From assembly GCA_964630905.1 (NCBI GenBank), contig CAZVWR010000006.1, positions 6,232 through 70,231 of the forward strand: a DNA stretch of 64,000 nucleotides. Reading direction: 5' to 3'. The notes under the pieces were generated by a model, which was given only the letters and a program-made list of their open reading frames with translations, searched no databases and was not told where the DNA came from. Numbering within the stretch: position 1 is the first letter of the stretch; each line of letters opens with the position of its first letter. The DNA comes from an uncultured Spirochaetales bacterium (GTDB lineage Bacteria > UBP6 > UBA1177). The position numbers and the translations under genes are program-made. Shown here in pieces: positions 57,057 through 64,000 of the stretch.

Positions 57057-57706
57057 CTTCCGAAAAGCTTCCTTTTTACTTCCTTTGAATATGTGTAGGC
57101 ACTTGTAACACTGAAAAAGATCGATCCCCAGATAAGGATATAGCCCCATAATCTCGGATCCCAGTCGATATTAAAAAGTCCTTTCAATGTATTCTGATTA
57201 ATCATGAAAAAAGGGAGCGCGAACATTTGGAACATTGTTTTCATTTTGCCACCCTGACCTGCGACTACGACAACTCCTCTTTCAACGGCTACAGAACGGA
57301 TGCCGAAAATATAAAACTCCCTCGCAAGGATTATGATGACTGGAAGAACATGCATTTCACCCATCGATACAAGAAGAACAAGAGTGAGATTTACAATGAA
57401 CTTGTCGGCAAGAGGATCAAGAAGCTTGCCTGTCACTGTGACCGTTCCGTGCTTTCTTGCGATATATCCGTCAAAGAAATCTGTTACTGTCGCTATTGTA
57501 TAAAATATCCATGACCACAATCTTGAAACCGGTGTGTCATACCATATCAGGAAGAGGACGAAGGGGACGAAAAATATCCTGATCCCAGTAAGAAGATTCG
57601 GGATCGTAAGAACATCCTTCTTGAAGTTTATCAATCTGTCAATGATGACCTTTCTTCTGCCGAAATCACCATTGTTCTTTTTATTTTTTCTGAATTTTTT
57701 CACCAT
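57053..57706 (-). CDS. CDP-alcohol phosphatidyltransferase (PgsA-like)
   Basis: DFFDGYIARKHG...GKLLDPLADK matches D-G-x2-A-R...G-x3-D-x3-D. Polytopic membrane protein, 217 aa. Confidence 0.8.
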   Translation of the reverse strand: MVKKFRKNKKNNGDFGRRKVIIDRLINFKKDVLTIPNLLTGIRIFFVPFVLFLIWYDTPVSRLWSWIFYTIATVTDFFDGYIARKHGTVTVTGKLLDPLADKFIVNLTLVLLVSMGEMHVLPVIIILAREFYIFGIRSVAVERGVVVVAGQGGKMKTMFQMFALPFFMINQNTLKGLFNIDWDPRLWGYILIWGSIFFSVTSAYTYSKEVKRKLFGS

Positions 57707-58302
57707 AATTCCCTGCCCGTGTAATTCTTGTAGAAGTCTGACACCTTTTCAACATATGCAACTGTTTCGTTGAAAGGTGGTATTCCGTTATAATATGTGA
57801 CAGCGGCTGGCCCTGCATTGTATCCGGCAAGTGCATTTTTTGTGTTTTTAAACCGTTTGATCATTTTTTTAAGATAGAGTGTGCCGCCCATTATATTCTG
57901 TTCCGGATCGAATACATCTTTTACTCCCACCTCGGTCGCAGTTCCCGGCATAAGCTGCATCAACCCCTTTGCACCGGCGGAAGAGACAGCTTTTATGTCA
58001 AAAAGGGATTCAGCCTTAATTACACTTTTTATGAGATGAAAGTCAACTCCGTGTTTAATTGAAGCTTTCTGAATTATATTATCAAACTTTGACTCACTTC
58101 CCGGCTTAAGTGCATAGCCTTTTTTGTGTTTAACTTCACCTTTTGACTGGTAGAGAGGTTTGCATGAGCGGAGATCTACACACTGATTTGTGAATGTATA
58201 TCTATCCTTGATTGGATCATAAAAATAATAAATCCTGATGCTGGAGTAGAGCAGGGAGGTCGTTATCAGAAACAAAACCGAAGATCTCATAAGAAATTTC
58301 AT
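57700..58302 (-). CDS. lytic transglycosylase (SLT domain) protein
   Basis: SLT catalytic motif AESLFDIKAVSSAGAKGLMQLMPGTA. N-terminal signal/anchor. Confidence 0.8.
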   Translation of the reverse strand: MKFLMRSSVLFLITTSLLYSSIRIYYFYDPIKDRYTFTNQCVDLRSCKPLYQSKGEVKHKKGYALKPGSESKFDNIIQKASIKHGVDFHLIKSVIKAESLFDIKAVSSAGAKGLMQLMPGTATEVGVKDVFDPEQNIMGGTLYLKKMIKRFKNTKNALAGYNAGPAAVTYYNGIPPFNETVAYVEKVSDFYKNYTGRELW

Positions 58303-59627
58303 TTTTTACCCTGTTTTTCAAGAGATTCATAGTACATGAGCCGTTTTTTCAGCCCTTTTGCCCTGAAGTTGTCAGGCTGGAGCTTTGTTATTATGGTAAG
58401 AACCTTCATGCAGTCGGGGATAAGTTTCTGGAATTCATATATCTCTGCAAGGATAAAAAGAACTTCGATATCGGGGTCCTTTAACATTGTGAGTTTAAGA
58501 ATGTCTTCTTTTATCGGAGGATATTTGACACTCTTTTCAAAGTCGTTCCATCGCGGAGATTTTTTCCATATTGCAAGGACCTTTTTTTCCAGTGCGTCGG
58601 GGTTTTTAGTCTGATCGTAAATGAGTCCGAATATCTCTGCCGCACCTTCAAAGTTACCAAGGCGGAGCAACGCTGTCCCTTTGAAAATGGCTTCGTCATA
58701 TTCCTTCAAACGGGCAAAATCTGTTCTGCTTTTGATGGGCCCGTATCTTTTCATAAGCTTATCAATATCAGCTCTCTCCTGAGGATTTCTAAGCATTTCA
58801 TAATTTTCACTGACAACCCGGAAGAATTTTTCCGCCCGTTCCCTGTTGATGGCTATAACATCACCCAGACGGTCGGGGTGTATTTTCTGTACGATCTTCA
58901 GGTATGAGTTGTGAAGTGCTTTTTCATCAAAATCAGATGAAACCCCGAACAGATGATAGACATCCTTGAATTTTTCGTTGATATCAAGAAAATTCACAAG
59001 CTTCTGATCTTCACTAAGTTCAAAAACCTGTTCAACTGTTTCATCGTCACCCACCTTTTCATCGAACATATTGGTTCTATTCAGCATTTCCACTATGTTC
59101 GCCCGTTCTTCATCCGTTGATTTCACAACACTTGCAAATCGTGTGAGAAGAAGAAAGAAGATTGTCCTGTAGTGTTTTTTGAAATTGGAGAAGATCTCGA
59201 TCCGTTTCTGACCGATGAACGATTCAAGTTCTGTATGAAGAAAATTCATTGAGCTCGCATCAGGTCTGATCGAGAAGTGTTCTGTGGCAATGGGTTTTAT
59301 GGAGGCGACAATATAAGAGCGGTCGATATTCTCAACTATGCGGAAGATGAAATCAAGTGAGTCATATTCCTTAAGATTCATTTTAAATCCCTCAGGGAGT
59401 TCGGTCTTGAGCATGAAAAATGTGTCCGGCGGGAGTTTTGCAAGCTGAAGGAGAGGTCGCTCACAATAGGATTTGCCTCCTGTGATGATTATATTGAAAC
59501 GGTCTTCTCTGCCGATTACATTGACTATCCCTGAAAATTTCCCCAGATGAAGGGTGGAAAGAAGTTTCTCAATACGGATCTTCAGTTGTTTTTCTGAATT
59601 AATATACTGGCTTATAACATCGCTCAT
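58299..59627 (-). CDS. J-domain (DnaJ-like) protein with TPR-like repeats
   Basis: HPD motif in SYLKIVQKIHPDRLG. A helical repeat-rich C-terminal half. 442 aa. Confidence 0.5.
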   Translation of the reverse strand: MSDVISQYINSEKQLKIRIEKLLSTLHLGKFSGIVNVIGREDRFNIIITGGKSYCERPLLQLAKLPPDTFFMLKTELPEGFKMNLKEYDSLDFIFRIVENIDRSYIVASIKPIATEHFSIRPDASSMNFLHTELESFIGQKRIEIFSNFKKHYRTIFFLLLTRFASVVKSTDEERANIVEMLNRTNMFDEKVGDDETVEQVFELSEDQKLVNFLDINEKFKDVYHLFGVSSDFDEKALHNSYLKIVQKIHPDRLGDVIAINRERAEKFFRVVSENYEMLRNPQERADIDKLMKRYGPIKSRTDFARLKEYDEAIFKGTALLRLGNFEGAAEIFGLIYDQTKNPDALEKKVLAIWKKSPRWNDFEKSVKYPPIKEDILKLTMLKDPDIEVLFILAEIYEFQKLIPDCMKVLTIITKLQPDNFRAKGLKKRLMYYESLEKQGKK

Positions 59628-59634
59628 TTGACAT

Positions 59635-61296
59635 TTACATAAGAAAGTTTTCTTCGAGGGCCGTCATCAGACTGCCTCTTTCGCGGTCTGTTCTTTCCTG
59701 TATCTCTTTTAATTCAGACATATATTCCTGTTCCCGCCTCCCTTTAAGAAAAGGTTTTGCAACAGCCGGAAAAAGTTCAAGAAGGAGTGCATCTTTTTCA
59801 TTTAATGCAAGTTTCCTTCCGCCGAACTCTTTAAGTATTTCATTAGCCTGTTTTACATGTTTTGATGTGTCATACGGGATCTCTTCCCTGTGTCCTGCGA
59901 TCTTCTGTCTGAAATCGGGATCAACAGGCCACGGAGTATGACCATAAACTCCTTTTACAAGATTTACGAACTGAATCGAAGTGTTATCATAAAATCCTTT
60001 TTTCTGTTCTTCGTTTATTACGCAACTGACTGCCTGAATACCGACTATCTGGCTTGTGGGGGTTACAAGAGGAGGAACGCCTGCATCAAGCCGGACTATG
60101 GGAACGGTCTTGAGAACTTTTTCCAGAAGATGGCCGAGATTTGCCGCCTGAAGCTGCGAAAGCATGTTGGTGTACATTCCTCCGGGGATCTGAGCGATCC
60201 TGACAATTTCATCAGGAGCAGGGAAATTGAAATATTTTTCTATCGCCTGTGTCAGAGCGGTGACTTTGTCGGTGTCATCTTTTTTTGCGGCATCTATTGC
60301 ATCATCAAAAAGCTTGTCTATTTCGGGCGGAAGCTTATCTTTTGCAGGATCGAAATCGAGCGGGAACATTTTGTACTGATCAAAATCGCACAATTCCCGT
60401 CTCATTTCAAAGAGCTCTTTTCTGATCTTTCTTACTGCATCAAGATTTACACCGGTATCGATCCCGAGCTTTGTTGCAAAGACCTGTACAAGTTCAAAAG
60501 CCGGAGCCGCCGGACCGCCTGCAAAAGGCATAATTACGGTGTCAACAATGTCAACACCCTTCACTATAGCCATCAGGACGCTTCCGAGACCGTATCCCGG
60601 GGTACAGTGGGTGTGAAGGTCGATCGGTATTGAAACATTTTTTTTCAACGCCGATATGAGCAGAGATGAGGTTTCGGGATCTATCAGTCCTGCCATATCC
60701 TTTATGCTGATCATGTCGGCACCCATTTTTTCAAGCTCGATGGACTTTTTCACAAAGTAATCGACTGAAAAAAGGTTTGAAGGAAGTTTCTTCCCTTTTA
60801 AGAATGCGATTACTTTGTCTTTGAATGAGAATTTCGGATCGACGGTATAACAGACACAGCAGTCGGCTAAGCCATTGTTCTCCTTCACATATTTTATGGT
60901 GGACTTCATATTTTCAAGGTCATTAAGGGCATCAAATATTCTCATTATGTCAATACCGGACTTGATGGCATTACGGTTGAACCCTTCAATAACATCTTCA
61001 GGATAGGGATTGTATCCGAAGAGATTTCTTCCTCTTGAAAGTGCCGTGAGCTTGCTCGCAGAACCGATTCCCTCTTTAATCTTTTCAAGCCGGTCCCAGG
61101 GATCTTCATTAAGATAACGCATTATTGAATCCGGAACAGCTCCGCCCCACACTTCCATTGCATAGAAGTGAGCTTCCCGATACATTTTAAGGACCTTGTC
61201 CACCTGTTTCTGATTCATTCTTGTGGCAAACTGTGACTGCTGGCCGTCACGGAGAGTAAGATCTCTGACAAGGAGTTTTTTCATTTTCAACCTCAT
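59635..61296 (-). CDS. carboxyltransferase subunit of the pyruvate carboxylase B / oxaloacetate decarboxylase alpha family, lacking a biotinyl domain
   Basis: N-terminal LVRDLTLRDGQQS (HMGL-like TIM barrel) followed by a conserved carboxylase-domain-length region. No C-terminal AMKM biotin-attachment motif. Confidence 0.7.
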   Translation of the reverse strand: MRLKMKKLLVRDLTLRDGQQSQFATRMNQKQVDKVLKMYREAHFYAMEVWGGAVPDSIMRYLNEDPWDRLEKIKEGIGSASKLTALSRGRNLFGYNPYPEDVIEGFNRNAIKSGIDIMRIFDALNDLENMKSTIKYVKENNGLADCCVCYTVDPKFSFKDKVIAFLKGKKLPSNLFSVDYFVKKSIELEKMGADMISIKDMAGLIDPETSSLLISALKKNVSIPIDLHTHCTPGYGLGSVLMAIVKGVDIVDTVIMPFAGGPAAPAFELVQVFATKLGIDTGVNLDAVRKIRKELFEMRRELCDFDQYKMFPLDFDPAKDKLPPEIDKLFDDAIDAAKKDDTDKVTALTQAIEKYFNFPAPDEIVRIAQIPGGMYTNMLSQLQAANLGHLLEKVLKTVPIVRLDAGVPPLVTPTSQIVGIQAVSCVINEEQKKGFYDNTSIQFVNLVKGVYGHTPWPVDPDFRQKIAGHREEIPYDTSKHVKQANEILKEFGGRKLALNEKDALLLELFPAVAKPFLKGRREQEYMSELKEIQERTDRERGSLMTALEENFLM

Positions 61297-61480
61297 ATCC
61301 CAAACATTTCAAATATCACAAGCGATCACACGGAGGCATTTTATTAATAACGGCGCTTAATTCAATAATATTTACAAAAATACTTCTAAATTATCAGAAT
61401 ATATAAAAAATTGACTGTTTAAGCAGGTTCGTTATCATTCCACCGGAAAAAGAGTGTTTTGATTTTTTCAGGGTGTTAAA

Positions 61481-62314
61481 ATGAAAGTCCTTATCGCCGC
61501 TTCAGAGCTTCAGCCGTTTGCATCGTCAGGAGCTCTTTCTGAAACATTGAACTGTCTGATCTGCAGTATCTCAGGTTATTTAGATATCGAATTTGTAATG
61601 CCGCTCTACAGTATGATAGATGAGAACCAGTATGCGATAAAGCCGACAGGAAAGGGATTCCAGGTGCCTGTTGCAGATAAGATCGAAAATGCCGAGATCT
61701 GGGTGGGAAAACACCCTGAATCGGGTGTCAAGGTCTGGTTCGTCGCAAGCAGATACTTTGAAAGGGACGGGCTTTACGGCAATATTACAGGAGACTATCC
61801 TGACAACTCAGAAAGGTTCGTTTTCTTCTCAAGGGCGGTACTTGAACTTGCTAATGTCATATCAAGGCCGGACATAATTCACTGCAATGACTGGCAGACG
61901 GCACTGATTCCTCTTTACATGAAGGAAGTGTATCAGAAGAACGGACAGATGACAGATGTTAAGACAGCTCTTTTCATTCATGATGTAAGATTTCAGGGAA
62001 GGTTCTGGCTTTACGATCTCTATATCCTGAACCTCGGTTGGGAGGTCTTTTCGCCTGAAAAGCTCGAGTTCTATAACGACATTAATTTTCTGAAAGGCGG
62101 CATTGTTTACAGCGATGTTCTTTTTGCGGTCAATGCGGATTATCTTACCAGAATATGCAGTGATTTGGAAGGGTGCGGGCTTGACGGTATTTTAAGAAAG
62201 TACGGAGCAAAACTTTTCCCGGTCTGTGAAACCTGCAGAACTTTTTCGTGTGAGGACTGGAAAGGGGAAAGGCTCGGGAAAAGGATGCTTGAACTTTATA
62301 CCAGGTCTGTATGA
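61481..62314 (+). CDS. glycogen/starch-synthase N-terminal (GT5) domain protein, truncated and with a degenerate KTGGL motif
   Basis: MKVLIAASELQPFASSGALSETL aligns with the GlgA N-terminus M.IL.V.SE..P..KTGGLADV, but the Lys-Thr-Gly-Gly is replaced by Ser-Ser-Gly-Ala. The ORF stops after 277 aa and the next ORF is an unrelated secreted protein. Confidence 0.55.
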   Translation: MKVLIAASELQPFASSGALSETLNCLICSISGYLDIEFVMPLYSMIDENQYAIKPTGKGFQVPVADKIENAEIWVGKHPESGVKVWFVASRYFERDGLYGNITGDYPDNSERFVFFSRAVLELANVISRPDIIHCNDWQTALIPLYMKEVYQKNGQMTDVKTALFIHDVRFQGRFWLYDLYILNLGWEVFSPEKLEFYNDINFLKGGIVYSDVLFAVNADYLTRICSDLEGCGLDGILRKYGAKLFPVCETCRTFSCEDWKGERLGKRMLELYTRSV

Positions 62315-63156
62315 AGAATCTCCTTTGCATTTCTTTTCTTTTGGTTCTTTTTAATGCTGAAGTATTTGCTGTCGGCGAAAAAGATGCCGATATCATTATG
62401 AAAATTGATGAAGGGATAATAAATCTTACAGAAAAATATATCATAATAACTGCAACAGGGACTCCCGGCATTAATATTTCAAATGTCAATACTGCCAGAA
62501 TAGATGCTGAAAAAACTGCACGGAGAAATTTAACTGTCCGTCTTGAAAAAGCTCTTTCAAAACTGATCCTTGAGAACGGAATCAGTCTTGGAAAATATCT
62601 TTCAGAAAAAAAAGAGACCGGATTTTTTACAGGTCTGATAAAGAAAGAGGACATTGGAGAACCTGTTTCTTCAAATTATTATTCAGACGGTTCAGCGGAC
62701 CTTCAGTACAATGTCCCGATATCGAAGTATCTTGGTCAGATAAAGTTAAAGACTATGCCTGATATATGTAAGAGCGATGATATAAAAACAACATCTTCCG
62801 GGAATTCCGGGAATCTTTCTGATGATGGAAAAGATGTCCTTGTCATCGAGATAAGGAACGGGAAATTAGATCCTGCTCTTTATCTTAAAATTGAAAATGA
62901 AAAAGGTGAGCTGGTCTACAGTTCGTGCATTTCTAAAACCGTGCCTCCAATGATGATAATGAAAGATCCAGGACGGCTTCTTGATGCATTAAGTTCAAAA
63001 GACAGTTTTATGACCGTCAATTCTCTTAAAATTAAGAACGGCTCTACTGTCGTGATAAAGAACACCGATTCCGAAAAGATATTAAATGAAATGAAACAAG
63101 GTTCTCTGAAGGAAGGTAAAGTAATATTCCTGATCAGAAACAAGGAGGGGAAATGA
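62311..63156 (+). CDS. secreted hypothetical protein
   Basis: Signal peptide MKNLLCISFLLVLFNAEVFA. 281 aa, no recognisable motifs. ATGA overlaps with both neighbours. Confidence 0.4.
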   Translation: MKNLLCISFLLVLFNAEVFAVGEKDADIIMKIDEGIINLTEKYIIITATGTPGINISNVNTARIDAEKTARRNLTVRLEKALSKLILENGISLGKYLSEKKETGFFTGLIKKEDIGEPVSSNYYSDGSADLQYNVPISKYLGQIKLKTMPDICKSDDIKTTSSGNSGNLSDDGKDVLVIEIRNGKLDPALYLKIENEKGELVYSSCISKTVPPMMIMKDPGRLLDALSSKDSFMTVNSLKIKNGSTVVIKNTDSEKILNEMKQGSLKEGKVIFLIRNKEGK

Positions 63157-64000
63157 TCTCTAAAGCAAAAATAAACAGATTCATTTTCGACAAAAAGGGG
63201 TGGATACCTGTACTTTTTGCCGCAGTATTCTTTTTCTGCGTGTTGTTTGCTCCTACAATTACGACAATCCTTATCGCATCATTTTTTGCTGCATACGCCA
63301 TAGATCCTCTTGTTATTTTCATGTCGGAAAAGCTTAAACTTCCCCGTTCTTTTGCCAGCGGACTTGTGATCTTTTTCATAGTCCTCACAGTTCTTCTCCT
63401 TCTGCTGATCGTGCTTCCCGGAATAGTTAGACAGCTTTATAGAATTTTTGCCAACTTTGATTCGATAGTGGCCGCTCTTTGGGACTGGATGAACAATTTT
63501 GCCGCCGGTTTCGGGATAGACCTTGATGAACATTTTAAAAAGGATGATCTTGTCGGCAGGTTGACAGCTTTCTCGGAGCCTGTTTTGAAATCTGCAACCA
63601 ATACCGTCGGGGTGGTGTTCAGCAAGACTTTCGGGCTTCTTTCCCTCCTTTTCAGTTTTATAATTTTTATAGTTATAACTTTTTTCACAAGCTCCAGATA
63701 CCCCAAAATAAGAGCTTCAATATTTGAGCTTTTTCCACCTGCAAAACAGGAATATATAAAAGGATGGCTCTGCAAATTCGACAGAGTCCTGTCGGGTTTT
63801 ATAAGGGGACAGCTTACAGTCTGTTTCGTTCTGGGCTGTCTTTATGCGGGTTCATTTACCGTTGCGGGAATTGAAAATGCCGGAAGTCTCGGAGCGATGA
63901 TAGGGATGCTCTGCATTGTTCCCTATGTCGGACTTTTTGCAGGCATAATAGTCACGATCCTTCTTGCTCTGGTTTCGGGAGGCGTTGTAGCTCTGTTTAA
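63153..64000 (+). CDS. AI-2E family transporter (UPF0118 / PerM-like permease), 5' partial, continues beyond the window
   Basis: RBS AAGGAGGGG precedes the ATG at 63153. Multi-TM protein (MISKAKINRFIFDKKGWIPVLFAAVFFFCVLFAP...) with topology and sequence typical of AI-2E permeases. No stop codon before the window ends. Confidence 0.6.
   Translation, partial: MISKAKINRFIFDKKGWIPVLFAAVFFFCVLFAPTITTILIASFFAAYAIDPLVIFMSEKLKLPRSFASGLVIFFIVLTVLLLLLIVLPGIVRQLYRIFANFDSIVAALWDWMNNFAAGFGIDLDEHFKKDDLVGRLTAFSEPVLKSATNTVGVVFSKTFGLLSLLFSFIIFIVITFFTSSRYPKIRASIFELFPPAKQEYIKGWLCKFDRVLSGFIRGQLTVCFVLGCLYAGSFTVAGIENAGSLGAMIGMLCIVPYVGLFAGIIVTILLALVSGGVVALF

Overview
This 64 kb window looks like a chromosomal segment of an AT-rich (roughly 40% GC by eye) diderm bacterium. 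Housekeeping blocks are interleaved with an unusually large set of secreted and lipoprotein-type surface proteins.

Supported housekeeping features:
- A prmA / FHA-GGDEF / gtrA / dapF operon.
- A cluster of four tRNA-Ser isoacceptors plus tRNA-Arg(ACG), with tadA and the SRP (4.5S) RNA.
- A glycogen cluster: phosphohexomutase, glgC, a GH57 enzyme and a GalT-like HIT protein.
- An aat-clpA-clpS N-end-rule module.
- tmRNA, gpmI, and a CDP-alcohol phosphatidyltransferase / lytic transglycosylase / J-domain / carboxyltransferase operon.

Accessory and surface content:
- A 1627-aa thioester alpha-2-macroglobulin lipoprotein.
- A 1549-aa lipoprotein built from thrombospondin type-3 repeats, a VWA domain and C-terminal MopE-like Cys repeats.
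- Two paralogous lipoproteins made of a 6-Cys module that resembles the Myxococcus Cys-rich repeat.
- A Fibrobacter-type FISUMP-domain protein and a lipoprotein with a formylglycine-generating-enzyme fold.
- Two toxin-antitoxin-like pairs (DUF4160/DUF2442 and Gp49-HigB-like/XRE); the HigB-like pair is bracketed by 55-bp direct repeats.
- A GmrSD-family type IV restriction enzyme next to an Avd-like four-helix-bundle protein.
- A 1561-aa tandem-duplicated UvrA-like ATPase.
- A bacterial ERG2/sigma-1-receptor homolog.

The most novel-looking signal is a short C-terminal tag shared by three otherwise unrelated Sec-exported proteins: an acidic/polar linker followed by G-C-(G-C)-S-hydrophobic-hydrophobic-COOH. 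One of these genes sits in a five-gene minus-strand operon with the giant TSP3/VWA protein, a beta-propeller lipoprotein and an atypical signal peptidase I. I propose this as a candidate, so far undescribed, surface-protein sorting or anchoring system.

I found no CRISPR array, transposase, integrase or prophage genes. Lineage is uncertain. The FISUMP domain, GH57 glycogen genes and Cys-lipobox lipoproteins point to the Fibrobacterota/FCB group, while several extracellular modules are myxobacteria-like.
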